From an uncultured virus (IMG/VR IMGVR_UViG_3300030339_000028) (Duplodnaviria > Heunggongvirae > Uroviricota > Caudoviricetes), in IMG/VR virus record IMGVR_UViG_3300030339_000028: DNA of 64,000 nt; one strand, written 5' to 3'. Each line of letters opens with the position of its first letter. Position 1 is the first letter of the stretch. Under the pieces are notes generated by a model, which had not been told where the DNA came from, did not search any database, and saw nothing but the letters and a program-made list of their open reading frames with translations. Both the position numbers and the translations under genes were made by a program. Positions 1-10,205 of the stretch are shown here, piece by piece.

Positions 1-2
1 CA

Positions 3-461
3 GGATCTGGTAACCTGGATGCTGACTTTACCGTTCAGCAAGCAAATATTGACGGAGCCGTTATTGGACCAGCTTCGGTAACTGACAATAGTATTGCATT
101 GTTTGACGGTATTACCGGAAAATTAATTAAAGCAGGTTCAGTAGTTGGTACAATGGCTTACGAAACAGCTACCAACTATATGCTAAAATCAATCTACGAT
201 GCGAACTCTATTATATATGCCACAGCAGACAACACCCCTCTATCCTTGACAATCGGTGCTTCAACTATTGTGGGGCGTAAGGCTACAGGAGATATTGTAG
301 CACTGACACCAGCAGAATTAGCTAACGTTCTTTGTGTTACTGCTCCAGCATCTAAAACAGCAGCAGGAACGGCCGGACAGATTGCTTTCGATGCAAATTT
401 CATTTATCGCTGTACTGCAACAAACGCTTGGACAAGAGCAGCAATGGCAACTAACTGGTAA
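3..461 (+). CDS. Putative virion structural protein, 5'-truncated by the window edge
   Basis: Frame is open from position 3 (GSGNLDADFTVQQANIDG...) into the listed ORF 99..461; Ala/Thr/Gly-rich with a C-terminal GQIAFDANFIYRC..NAW motif typical of fibre/decoration proteins. Confidence 0.5.
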   Translation, partial: GSGNLDADFTVQQANIDGAVIGPASVTDNSIALFDGITGKLIKAGSVVGTMAYETATNYMLKSIYDANSIIYATADNTPLSLTIGASTIVGRKATGDIVALTPAELANVLCVTAPASKTAAGTAGQIAFDANFIYRCTATNAWTRAAMATNW

Positions 462-472
462 TATTTTAAGTC

Positions 473-1063
473 ATGGCTTCAGGAGATATCAAAGTACTGC
501 AAGAAGGATCTGATGGTAAATACACCGAGATTGAGGCTAAGACTGTCTTGGCACCATTAGCCTCCCCAACCTTCACCGGAACAGTAACGCTACCAAAAAC
601 TGTACTAGGAGAAACGTCGTTTCAGTTAGATGCTGCACTCTCTGCTGATGGAACATGGAGTGGAATAACAGAAATCGGAACGGTTGGAGCTTCAACTCTT
701 GCTTTTGGCGATCTCTGTTATTTTAATGTTTCTACATCAAAATGGGATTTAGCAAAAGCAGATGTAGCTGCTACTTCAGGGGGCGTTAAATTGGGAATGT
801 GTGTGTTGGCAGGTGCTGCTAATGCTGCTACCGAAATGTTGTTGTACGGCAAAATTAATGCTGCTTCAAAATTCCCGACATTAACTATCGGAGCAGTCTG
901 TTACATTTCTGCTGCAACGGCTGGAGCAATAGTTGCTGGTGCGACAAACGTAACGACAGGACAACCGAGTGGTACAGATAATGTAATCCGAATAATAGGA
1001 TACGGAAATACAGCAGATGAACTTTTTTTCTCTTGTGATCAATCATATATGACTCATACCTAA
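473..1063 (+). CDS. Putative virion structural (fibre/decoration-like) protein
   Basis: APLASPTFTGT motif common in phage tail-fibre repeats; Gly/Ala/Thr-rich. Confidence 0.5.
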   Translation: MASGDIKVLQEGSDGKYTEIEAKTVLAPLASPTFTGTVTLPKTVLGETSFQLDAALSADGTWSGITEIGTVGASTLAFGDLCYFNVSTSKWDLAKADVAATSGGVKLGMCVLAGAANAATEMLLYGKINAASKFPTLTIGAVCYISAATAGAIVAGATNVTTGQPSGTDNVIRIIGYGNTADELFFSCDQSYMTHT

Positions 1064-2340
1064 TGGACTACAAAAAATCACAGAACAACTACTTCGCTAC
1101 TCCTAAAGATAACCCTAAGGATAAGATTGAATTGGTTATTGGCGACGATAAACAAGTTGCTTTTTATCCTCAAAAGAAGGTTAAGCGTTGGGATAATGAA
1201 GTAAATGTTTCAATTCGGTTAGTTCACAATGAGAAAGCACCCACATTCAGGAAAGACCCCGACAAGGTCGTTTGGACAGGAGAAAAAGTTGAAGCTCATT
1301 TTTACGACATCGATCCTAGCGATGAACATCCTGAAGGTGCAAGTGAGTTTGAAATATTTCTGAAAGAAAAACCTGTAACCAATGTTGTTTCGTTTACTGT
1401 TGTAGATAAAGGAGTCGAATACTATTATCAGCCAGAACTTGCAGATGAAGAAGTTCAGGAAATGGTAGATAAGGAAGGAATATCTTTGCTTGAAGCTAAA
1501 CGGCAATGCAGACCCGAAAATGTAGTTGGTAGTTATGCTATTTATGCTAAAGAGCCAAAGCAAAATATAGTTGGGGGCAAGCAATATAAATGTGGCAAAG
1601 TAGGGCATATTTACCGACCACGCATTGAAGATGCCAATGGTGTAAAAGTTTGGGGTGAACTGAAAATTGACAAAGGATTATTAACTGTTACTATTCCACA
1701 AGAGTTTATAGATAACGCTGTTTATCCCGTTCGCCATGCCGCAGGTCTGACGTTTGGATATACGAGTCTTGGCTCTAGAGCACTTAGTATTGGTGTAGAT
1801 AATATAATTACTTCTATTATTGGGACTGCATCAACTGATGGAATACTGTTGAAAATACAAGCTGCATTATGGAGTCCAAGTGGCGTTGGTTCTGTTGGAA
1901 TGGCATTGTATAATGACACAGGCGGATCACCAACTACTTTAGTTAGTAATTCTTATTCTGGATCACTAAGCCCCACGAGGACAACTTCACCAACACAAGA
2001 TTCTGAATGGTTCTCAAAGGATGGAGTAAGTGGCATTGTTGTTAATGGTAATAAATATTGGATTGTACTTAATTCAAATAACTCTACTCTTAGAATTTCT
2101 GCGGACAGCGGACTTCCAAGCGGAACAAGTAGATACAAGGTTTCTCCTTATGGTAATTTTCCAGTAAATCTTATTACAAGTACAAGTGCTAATACTAATA
2201 TGTTTTCTATTTACGCCACCTATACAGCATCAGGAGGTTCATCAGCCATTAAAACCATAAACGGCTTGGCAAAAGCATCGGTAAAAACATGGAATGGTTT
2301 GGCTATTGCAAGTGTTAAATCAATAAACGGATTGACTTAA
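1063..2340 (+). CDS. Hypothetical virion-associated protein with C-terminal (I/V)KxxNGLA repeats
   Basis: 425-aa ORF coupled to the upstream gene (TAATG); Ser/Thr-rich C-terminal half; ends IKTINGLAKAS-VKTWNGLAIAS-VKSINGLT. Confidence 0.5.
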   Translation: MDYKKSQNNYFATPKDNPKDKIELVIGDDKQVAFYPQKKVKRWDNEVNVSIRLVHNEKAPTFRKDPDKVVWTGEKVEAHFYDIDPSDEHPEGASEFEIFLKEKPVTNVVSFTVVDKGVEYYYQPELADEEVQEMVDKEGISLLEAKRQCRPENVVGSYAIYAKEPKQNIVGGKQYKCGKVGHIYRPRIEDANGVKVWGELKIDKGLLTVTIPQEFIDNAVYPVRHAAGLTFGYTSLGSRALSIGVDNIITSIIGTASTDGILLKIQAALWSPSGVGSVGMALYNDTGGSPTTLVSNSYSGSLSPTRTTSPTQDSEWFSKDGVSGIVVNGNKYWIVLNSNNSTLRISADSGLPSGTSRYKVSPYGNFPVNLITSTSANTNMFSIYATYTASGGSSAIKTINGLAKASVKTWNGLAIASVKSINGLT

Positions 2341-2362
2341 TTATCAAATAACAAATTAAGAT

Positions 2363-3838
2363 ATGGAACGAGTTAGGACAAGTAAAGTCAATATCAATGA
2401 GCAAGCTGCTAGATTGCAGACTTTAAGTGCATTGGTTTCCAGAGCTAACCTATCTGCTGGTTTAGGTATGGATCAGTTTAATGGAGAAAGAGACATATAT
2501 GAAGCTTTAGGTTACAAAAAAACTCTAATGTTCTCTGACTATGCTTCCAGATACTTAAGACAAGATATTGCCAGAGCAGTTATAGATCGTCCAGCCAAAG
2601 CAACTTGGCAAGGTCCTTTATTGCTGCAAGAATCTTCTCAAGCAGAAGAAACAGAATTGGAAAGAGCCTGGAAATCTTTAAGCAAAGAATTCGGATTAAA
2701 AACAAAGTTCAATCAAGTAGATAGGCTTTCTGGTATTGGTTGTTACGGAGTATTACTTTTAGGTCTTGATGATGTTAAAAAACCTGATGATTTTAAAAAG
2801 CAAGTAACTATTGGTAAACGGACTTTAAAGTATGTGAAGCCCTTTAGTGAAAACTCTGCTAAGATAGCCTCATACGAGGCTGACACCAAAAACAAAAGAT
2901 ACGGACTGCCTCTAACATACAATATTACAATCGCAGCCAATGAAACAGGATCTACGCTATCGAATGCAACGATGCCTTCTACACAGACTGTAGAAGTACA
3001 TTATACAAGGGTCATTCATGTAGTGGACGATGTTCTTGAGAATGAAGTATTAGGATCTCCAAAATTAGAAGTAGTATTCAATCGTTTAGCTGATTTAGAA
3101 AAGATCGTTGGCGGTGATGCAGAAATGTTTTGGAGAGGTGCGCGTCCTGGTTATCAAGGAGTAGTAAATAAAGACTTCCAAATGACTCCTGATGCTAAGA
3201 AAGATTTAAAAGATCAGATCGATGAATATGAACACCATTTACGCAGAATGTTGGTAAATGAAGGAGTTACATATTCTGCATTAGAAGGACAAATATCAGA
3301 TCCTGTAAACCACGTAGACATCCAAATACAGATGATTTCTACAGTAACAGGAATTCCAAAAAGAATATTAACAGGAACAGAACGAGGAGAATTAAGTTCA
3401 AATCAAGATGCAAGTGAATGGAAATCTTATGTAGGTGGAAGAAGATTAGATCATGCTGAACCTCATATTGTAAGACCGTTTGTTGACAGGATGATGGAAT
3501 TAGAAATACTTCCAGATGCTATTGACGAGGATTATGAAGTTGTTTGGTCTGATTTGTATTCTAAATCAGAAGCAGACTTAGTAAAAATCGGAATGGATCG
3601 TTCTACTGCATTGAAAAACTATGTTTCTTCCCCAATGGCAGAAGCGGTAATTTCTCCAGATGCATTCTTAGAATACTTCTTAGGACTTGACGACAATCAA
3701 ATTCAAATAATTAAGAAGCAAGGTTTGTCGGACATAGAGAAAGAGCAGTTAATGATTTCTTTAAATCCTCCTGCTCCTGTCACTAAACCTGGAACAGTAA
3801 AACCTCCAGTCAAAAAAGTAAGAGTAAGAACAGCTTAA
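2363..3838 (+). CDS. Portal protein (DUF1073-like)
   Basis: 491 aa; IARAVIDRPA, YGLP, VHYTRVIH and TGIPKRILTG motifs; directly upstream of the head morphogenesis gene. Confidence 0.85.
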   Translation: MERVRTSKVNINEQAARLQTLSALVSRANLSAGLGMDQFNGERDIYEALGYKKTLMFSDYASRYLRQDIARAVIDRPAKATWQGPLLLQESSQAEETELERAWKSLSKEFGLKTKFNQVDRLSGIGCYGVLLLGLDDVKKPDDFKKQVTIGKRTLKYVKPFSENSAKIASYEADTKNKRYGLPLTYNITIAANETGSTLSNATMPSTQTVEVHYTRVIHVVDDVLENEVLGSPKLEVVFNRLADLEKIVGGDAEMFWRGARPGYQGVVNKDFQMTPDAKKDLKDQIDEYEHHLRRMLVNEGVTYSALEGQISDPVNHVDIQIQMISTVTGIPKRILTGTERGELSSNQDASEWKSYVGGRRLDHAEPHIVRPFVDRMMELEILPDAIDEDYEVVWSDLYSKSEADLVKIGMDRSTALKNYVSSPMAEAVISPDAFLEYFLGLDDNQIQIIKKQGLSDIEKEQLMISLNPPAPVTKPGTVKPPVKKVRVRTA

Positions 3839-3839
3839 T

Positions 3840-4790
3840 ATGTGTGAAATCTGTAACAATACTATCCAGTCCAATAATCAGTATGATCCTACAAGGACAC
3901 TGACATTGAGAACTATGTTTGTAAGAAACATGGATAAGAGATTTAACGGTCTGGTTGCAGCTGTCATTCAGAAAGTAGTTAAAGAAGATTTTTTCGGATT
4001 AAAAGATATTCAGACAAATGCTGTCCCGTATGCTTTTCCACGTTCTGCAGATAAAGTAGCAGAATTTATGCTTTGGTTAAAAGGACAAGTAGATAAAGGG
4101 ATTTTGTCTGTAAATGAATACGAACAACTTGGTGCGGCTATTGAGAATGCTTGGACCAATATGTACGTTACTGATTCATATAAGAGGGGTATCGTTCGGG
4201 CACGTTATGAACTTCAAAAAGCGGGCTATGATGTCCCGAGCATTGAAACTACCGGAGGTATCTTTGTGTCAATGAATGTCCCTCTTCATATGGATCGTGT
4301 TGGTTTGCTTTACACCAGAGTATTTACTGATTTGAAAGGAATAACAGATGAGATGTCTGTTCAGATTAGTAAAGTACTTTCTCAGGGGATGGCTGACGGA
4401 GAAGGGATGTTAAGCATTGCAAAGAAGTTAATCGGAACGATTAATGGAACAGGGATGGGAGATTTAGGTCTTACTGACACATTAGGTAGATTTATTCCAG
4501 CTCAACGCCGTGCTCAAATATTAGCTAGGACAGAAATTATTAGAGCACATCACCAAGCAATGATTCAAGAATACAGGAATTGGGGATCTATAGATTTGTA
4601 TGTGATGGCAGAAATGTTGACTGCAGGAGATAATCGGGTTTGTAGTAAATGTGAAGAATTAGCCGCACAATCTCCATATACATTAGATGCAGTACAAAAT
4701 CTGATTCCTGTGCATCCTGATTGTCGTTGTATTGCTTTACCATTTGAAGTAGGTGTAGATGAATTGATTATGCCATTTAATAAAAGATAA
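3840..4790 (+). CDS. Head morphogenesis protein (SPP1 gp7 / Mu gpF family)
   Basis: RAQILARTE, TAGDNRVCSKC and IPVHPDCRC motifs. Confidence 0.9.
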   Translation: MCEICNNTIQSNNQYDPTRTLTLRTMFVRNMDKRFNGLVAAVIQKVVKEDFFGLKDIQTNAVPYAFPRSADKVAEFMLWLKGQVDKGILSVNEYEQLGAAIENAWTNMYVTDSYKRGIVRARYELQKAGYDVPSIETTGGIFVSMNVPLHMDRVGLLYTRVFTDLKGITDEMSVQISKVLSQGMADGEGMLSIAKKLIGTINGTGMGDLGLTDTLGRFIPAQRRAQILARTEIIRAHHQAMIQEYRNWGSIDLYVMAEMLTAGDNRVCSKCEELAAQSPYTLDAVQNLIPVHPDCRCIALPFEVGVDELIMPFNKR

Positions 4791-4791
4791 T

Positions 4792-6204
4792 ATGGAAAAT
4801 TTAGGAACATACTCATTTTTGCAGAATGCAAAACAAGTAACAGGGTACACCGTATCAGAAACTGTACATCAAGAAAAGAAACATTTGATTGTTCCTGTCA
4901 TTATGATTGTGGAAGGTGTTTTAAACGGTTCTCATGGACCTTTATATCACCCTGTAGAAGAGTTTGGGAAGTTTCCTGAAAGCTGGAATGGGATACCTGT
5001 AGTTATAAATCATCCAGAATCTGACGGACATGCAATATCTGCAAACAGTCCAGAAGTTGTAGATAATTTAGCTGTAGGACGTGTTTATAACTGTCAAGTT
5101 GTTTCAAACAAGTTAACCGGCGAAGTCTGGCTTGAAGAGGAAAAGCTGGGCAAAGTATCCGCCGACACTTTAAGTGCCGTAAACAGTAAGAAACCTATAG
5201 AAATCAGTGTTGGTGTTTTCACAGAGGATGAAGCAACTCCTGGAGTCTATGACGGAATACAATATACTGCTATTGCCAGAAACCATAGACCTGATCATTT
5301 GGCGCTCTTGCCCGGAGCCGTTGGAGCATGTTCTTTGGAAGATGGTTGTGGTATTCGTGCTAATCAAAAGAAAGGAGAACTCAATGTGGAAAAGGTAACA
5401 TTGGATAGCAGTATCCAAGTACTGAAAGAAGGGGGTTATAAAATCAGCACAATTGTTGATAACTCCGAAAAGGGATTAAACGAGAAACTCGATCAACTTC
5501 GGGATCTTGTTAGATCTTTGAACGTCTATGTCGATGGAGGCACTGACAATGCTTGGTATTATTTGATTGAAGCTTACGATGACTATCTCATCTATGAAAA
5601 AGAAGGGAACGGGGATTGTAAGTACTACAAACAGAATTACCAGTTTGTTGTTGACTCCGGTGCTGCTGAATTCGTCGGCAATGCTGTCGAAGTTAAGAAA
5701 AAGGTAGAGTATGAAACTATCAATACAAATGTAAAACGAGTAAGAACTAATAAAAAGGAGACTTCAAGTATGGCATGTACCCCATGTGTGGAAAAGAAGG
5801 CAAACGAACTGATTGCTAATTCAGCAACAGGGTTTACCGAAGACGATCGGGATATGTTGCAAGCTCTAACTGAAAAACAGCTGGATGCTCTTGTACCAAA
5901 AACGATCGAAGTAAATGCTGCTATGTCTGCAGAAGACACAAAAGCATTGGAATTTGGAAAAGCTGAGTTGGCTAAGAAAAGGTCAACATACATCAGTGGT
6001 ATCCAAAAGAACACCGCAGCCGACCTTTGGCCGGAAGCTACCCTCAATGCAATGGATGAAGACACTTTGGAAAGAGTGTTTAAATCTGTATCTAAAGAAG
6101 AAGTTGACTTTTCTTTAAACGGAAATGCTACTTCTTTGAATGCTAATAAAGACAAAGGCGGCCCAGAACATATGCTGCCTACCGGAATGGAACTTGGTAA
6201 TTAA
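4792..6204 (+). CDS. Prohead protease/scaffold (DUF2213-like)
   Basis: WNGIPVVINHP, EISVG and PDHLALL..GAC motifs; charged scaffold-like C-terminus; lies between head morphogenesis and capsid genes. Confidence 0.8.
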   Translation: MENLGTYSFLQNAKQVTGYTVSETVHQEKKHLIVPVIMIVEGVLNGSHGPLYHPVEEFGKFPESWNGIPVVINHPESDGHAISANSPEVVDNLAVGRVYNCQVVSNKLTGEVWLEEEKLGKVSADTLSAVNSKKPIEISVGVFTEDEATPGVYDGIQYTAIARNHRPDHLALLPGAVGACSLEDGCGIRANQKKGELNVEKVTLDSSIQVLKEGGYKISTIVDNSEKGLNEKLDQLRDLVRSLNVYVDGGTDNAWYYLIEAYDDYLIYEKEGNGDCKYYKQNYQFVVDSGAAEFVGNAVEVKKKVEYETINTNVKRVRTNKKETSSMACTPCVEKKANELIANSATGFTEDDRDMLQALTEKQLDALVPKTIEVNAAMSAEDTKALEFGKAELAKKRSTYISGIQKNTAADLWPEATLNAMDEDTLERVFKSVSKEEVDFSLNGNATSLNANKDKGGPEHMLPTGMELGN

Positions 6205-6230
6205 TTTATATTAGAAAGGAGATAATTAAA

Positions 6231-6686
6231 ATGGCTAAGAATACTGTTATTTTGAAAAACTACTCTGACATTTTTGAAGAGTATGTTGCCGCGGGAGTAA
6301 TTACCCCAGGAATGCTTGTAGAAGTTAAATCAGCTACCACTTGTGGTTTTCATGATGTAGCTGGCGGTAATGCTATCCCGATGTTCGCGATCGAAGATGC
6401 TTTGCAAGGCAAAGGTATTGACGACAATTATGCAGCAACTGATCCAGTCCGTGTTTGGATTCCTGGACGCGGTTGTCAGGTAAATGCTATCCTGGAAGAC
6501 GGAGAAGACGCCCATGCAGGTGACTTCGTTGTATCTGCTGGAAATGGTAAAGTAAAGGTTTACGATGTTGAAAGCACCGGAGACTATACTCCATTACAGA
6601 TCATTGGACAAGTCCTTAAAACTGTAGACATGTCGGATTCTTCTACTGTTGATCCTGACGGACGTGTTCAAATCCGTATTGTTTAA
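6231..6686 (+). CDS. Head decoration/cement protein
   Basis: 151 aa, directly before the major capsid gene; strong AGAAAGGAGA RBS; beta-rich. Confidence 0.7.
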   Translation: MAKNTVILKNYSDIFEEYVAAGVITPGMLVEVKSATTCGFHDVAGGNAIPMFAIEDALQGKGIDDNYAATDPVRVWIPGRGCQVNAILEDGEDAHAGDFVVSAGNGKVKVYDVESTGDYTPLQIIGQVLKTVDMSDSSTVDPDGRVQIRIV

Positions 6687-6712
6687 TTAAACTTAAGAAA
6701 GGAGATATAAAA

Positions 6713-7822
6713 ATGTTTGAAGCAAATGTTGATTTAATGGGAGCAAACGGCCAGGCTACAGGTGAAGTTGCTGGTGGCATCATCACTAACGGTCGTTTGA
6801 ATGTAGGTGCTCTTCGTCCATTTATTGATGAGACAGGAAGGCCTTGTATGACTGTTTATAAAGGTGGTGACCCGAAAATTGCTACTAACTGGGATACCAG
6901 GTTCATTAACACTAATGCAACCCTAAGAAGGGATGAGTGGAAACAATTGGATTCTGCTTTGATGGATGTTTCTCGTCAACGCTTAGGCGGTATTGACGAT
7001 TTACGTTCCAAAGGATTAGTTTACAATCTGGGAAATGCAATGGGAACAACTGTTCTTGAATGGCATGATATTTCTGGGGATATGGAAGCTGTTGTTACCA
7101 TGGACGGTGTAACCCGTGGAAAGAATGACAGACCGAAATATCAGCACAATTACTTGCCAATTCCAATTATCCATGTTGATTATGAAATCAACGCCCGTGA
7201 GCTTGCTGCTTCTCGTTCACTTGGTAATCCTTTGGATACCACAGATGCTGAACGTGCAACCAGAGCTATCCAGGAAAAATTGGAAGGAATGTTGTTTTCT
7301 GACAACCAACAGTACTCTTTTGGAGAAAAAGACTCTCGCGGACAGAACACCATTTACAGCTATGTAAACCATCCTGACAGGAACTTGGTGCAGTTGAAAG
7401 TAGCTTGGAACGAATCCGGCAAGACTGCCGCTGCTATTGTTGCAGATGTAATGGCAATGAAAGATGCCTCTATTGCAGACTACCATTACGGACCTTGGCA
7501 GTTGTACATTCCAACATCTTATGACACCGTTATTGACAATGATTATGATACCGCTGGTGCATCTACGATGACCATTCGCGAACGTATCTTGAAAATTGCT
7601 GGTATCTCTGGTATCAAAGTAATTGACACCTTGGAAGCTGACAACGTGCTTTTGGTGCAAATGACTTCTGACGTAGTACGCCTTGTTCAAGGATTAGGCT
7701 TACAGAACGTAGAATGGGGCGTAGAAGGTAAATTTATTACCAAATACAAAGTTCTTACCATACAGGTTCCTCAGATTCGTTCTGATCAGAACAAACGAAG
7801 CGGAGTTGTGCATCTTGCATAA
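6713..7822 (+). CDS. Major capsid protein (HK97 fold, encapsulin/linocin-like)
   Basis: NATLRRDEWKQLD, PIPIIHVDYEINARELAASR and YGPWQLYIP motifs; strong RBS; position. Confidence 0.85.
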   Translation: MFEANVDLMGANGQATGEVAGGIITNGRLNVGALRPFIDETGRPCMTVYKGGDPKIATNWDTRFINTNATLRRDEWKQLDSALMDVSRQRLGGIDDLRSKGLVYNLGNAMGTTVLEWHDISGDMEAVVTMDGVTRGKNDRPKYQHNYLPIPIIHVDYEINARELAASRSLGNPLDTTDAERATRAIQEKLEGMLFSDNQQYSFGEKDSRGQNTIYSYVNHPDRNLVQLKVAWNESGKTAAAIVADVMAMKDASIADYHYGPWQLYIPTSYDTVIDNDYDTAGASTMTIRERILKIAGISGIKVIDTLEADNVLLVQMTSDVVRLVQGLGLQNVEWGVEGKFITKYKVLTIQVPQIRSDQNKRSGVVHLA

Positions 7823-7869
7823 TTGAAGTATCCTAATCATGGATTATTTTAATTTTTAAAATCTTAATC

Positions 7870-8298
7870 ATGGAAAATAAAAGAGTACGGGTAAGAGCAG
7901 ACAAACCCGAAGGAAAAGTTAAAAAAGAGAAAAAGGTTGTTGTTGAAGAAGTCGAAGAAACTGCTGTTATCATTGAACAGCCCATAAAATCTCTTTTTAG
8001 AAAAATCGGAGGAGGTTCTTTCTTATTTGAGAATCATCATATCAAATCAAACCAAACTTTTTGGGCTGATCCTGATGACATACCTAAATCGTTTCGTAAC
8101 GTCGTAATCCTTGTAGATCCCGGTGATGCAGTTGCTCCTAAAGCACCTAACAAATTACCTGTACCTCCAGAAGTTTACCATTTGGAAGAAGTAGAAGGTG
8201 ATCTTTGGAATGTTGTTAATGAAAAAGGAAAACCTATCAATGAGGCTCCTTTAAGTAAAGCATCTGCTGAAGAATTACTAACGGTTTTGGGAGATTAG
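7870..8298 (+). CDS. Hypothetical protein (head module)
   Basis: 142-aa ORF after the capsid gene. Confidence 0.6.
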   Translation: MENKRVRVRADKPEGKVKKEKKVVVEEVEETAVIIEQPIKSLFRKIGGGSFLFENHHIKSNQTFWADPDDIPKSFRNVVILVDPGDAVAPKAPNKLPVPPEVYHLEEVEGDLWNVVNEKGKPINEAPLSKASAEELLTVLGD

Positions 8299-8301
8299 GT
8301 T

Positions 8302-8982
8302 ATGAAATGGACAGTTCCAAAAGTATGGGATGGTGGACAATGTGTAATTATTGGAGGTGGTCCTTCTATAATTAAACAGTTTGATATCCCGGAGTCTTTA
8401 GTAAAGCAAGTTTATGAAGGAAAAGCGGATGTTTCGTCCTACTCCCCATACTTGGAACGTATCCATGCAGAACACATTATTGCGGTAAACATGGCCTACA
8501 AATTGGGAGATTGGATAGACATGTTGTTTTTCGGAGATCCTAGTTATTGGAAAAAAAATAAATACGATATTTTAAATTTTCGGGGCTTAAGAGTTTCTTG
8601 TGCTCCTGATATTTTAGATGTCAAAGGTGTAAAATACATTGCAAAGAATAAACAACAGAAGTTCGGCATTACTGATGATCCTAGAATGCTTAGTTGGAAT
8701 AATAACAGCGGATCTTCTGCCATCAATGTTGCAGTACATACAGGAGTAAAAAGGATCATATTGTTGGGATTTGATATGTCGTTAGACACAAACAAAAATC
8801 AGCATTGGCATAAATTTTATGCAACAGATCCTAGAACAATTGGAAGAACATTGAGGTCACATTTAGATGGATTTGGATCAATGGTGCATGATCTAAAGAA
8901 ACTTAATATTGAGGTTCTTAATTGCAGTCCAGAAAGTAAAATTGAAGGATTTAAAAAAGTCAACTTTAAAGATATTGCATAA
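8302..8982 (+). CDS. Maf/DUF115 (sialyltransferase-like fold) putative glycosyltransferase
   Basis: CVIIGGGPS, IIAVN, NSGSSAIN and GVKRIILLGFD motifs. Confidence 0.65.
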   Translation: MKWTVPKVWDGGQCVIIGGGPSIIKQFDIPESLVKQVYEGKADVSSYSPYLERIHAEHIIAVNMAYKLGDWIDMLFFGDPSYWKKNKYDILNFRGLRVSCAPDILDVKGVKYIAKNKQQKFGITDDPRMLSWNNNSGSSAINVAVHTGVKRIILLGFDMSLDTNKNQHWHKFYATDPRTIGRTLRSHLDGFGSMVHDLKKLNIEVLNCSPESKIEGFKKVNFKDIA

Positions 8983-10205
8983 TGTTTACAGATGATATAA
9001 AAGACACACATATTGGACAGACAGCATACATTGTCGGGAAAGGTCCAAGTTTGAATTACCTTACCAAGACAATGGTAAAGGAAGGTCTTGTTATCACTTT
9101 AAATCAAGCTATCATTAAAGTTGAAGAATTAGAACTACCTAACAGTATATATTCTCTTCAAAAAGATCAGTTTACTGTTCCTGTAAAAGAATCAACCACA
9201 TTAATTTTGCATAAACACGAGTCTGTTAAAACTATCGGTAAACCGAAATTGTCTTATTTAGAATTTGATGCAAAAGAAATGGGGTTTCCAATAGACACTT
9301 TTTCAGCCATAATTGCAATCAAAATGGCAGAAATTATGGGATGTGTCAAGTTTGTATTTATTTCTTTTGACTCATGCACTACCGGAGATGTAACGACTTT
9401 TGACACCAGCAAACCGTATTTTCCTAAAGCGTATGTTACCCAAGCTACAAAAATGAAGGAGTATGTAAAGAACCTCAATTGTGAATGGATTACACCTAAA
9501 AGAAAACCGATTGCACTGATTACACCAACAGGAGGACGTCCAGAACAGATTAAACATTGTATGGGCTTTATGAAAAATCAAACATACTCTGGCCCTGTTA
9601 TTTGGATTTTGGTTGATGATTGTTACCCGACTACTGTAAATACAGTACCTGAAGATTTCAGAGAAGATTGGACAATAGTAAAATTTTATCCATTCCCTAT
9701 TTGGAAGGAAGGAGATAACACTCAAGCAAGAAATTTAAAAGCAGGTATTGAGGAAGTTAAAAAGTATGATGTAGATGCAGTTTTTATCATTGAGGATGAT
9801 GACTACTATACTCCAAAATATTTGTCTGTTATGACTGCTGCTTTAAAAGGATTTGATGTTGTTGGAGAGATTCAGACAGTCTATTATAACGTACAATTAA
9901 AGTCAGAACGCAGGTGTGTCAACACAAAGCATTCTAGCTTATTTCAGACAGCATTTACTCCAAAGATGATTAACTTGTTTGAGGAGGTTTTAAAATACCA
10001 GGAAAAATATATTGACATTTCATTTTTTAAAGAAGCAAAAAATATTCAGTTTTTAAAAGGTTTAAATTTGTCTGTAGGCATAAAAGGGTTGCCAGGAAGA
10101 GGAGGGATAGGAAACGGACATAATTCAAGTATGTACCGTGATAAACATGAAAAGGTGTTACCAGAAAATCTAAGAAACACAATCAAAGAAACTTACAAAC
10201 TATGA
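8982..10205 (+). CDS. Two-domain glycosyltransferase: Maf/DUF115-like N-terminus plus GT-A (GT2-like) C-terminus
   Basis: AYIVGKGPSL...MGCVKFVFISFD N-domain; IALITPTGGRP, ILVDD and IEDDDYY (DxD) in the C-domain. Confidence 0.7.
   Translation: MFTDDIKDTHIGQTAYIVGKGPSLNYLTKTMVKEGLVITLNQAIIKVEELELPNSIYSLQKDQFTVPVKESTTLILHKHESVKTIGKPKLSYLEFDAKEMGFPIDTFSAIIAIKMAEIMGCVKFVFISFDSCTTGDVTTFDTSKPYFPKAYVTQATKMKEYVKNLNCEWITPKRKPIALITPTGGRPEQIKHCMGFMKNQTYSGPVIWILVDDCYPTTVNTVPEDFREDWTIVKFYPFPIWKEGDNTQARNLKAGIEEVKKYDVDAVFIIEDDDYYTPKYLSVMTAALKGFDVVGEIQTVYYNVQLKSERRCVNTKHSSLFQTAFTPKMINLFEEVLKYQEKYIDISFFKEAKNIQFLKGLNLSVGIKGLPGRGGIGNGHNSSMYRDKHEKVLPENLRNTIKETYKL

Noticed and set aside
2363..3838. Anti-CBASS Acb1 function sometimes attached to DUF1073 proteins
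   Set aside because: No HxT phosphoesterase domain is evident; size and synteny indicate a plain portal.
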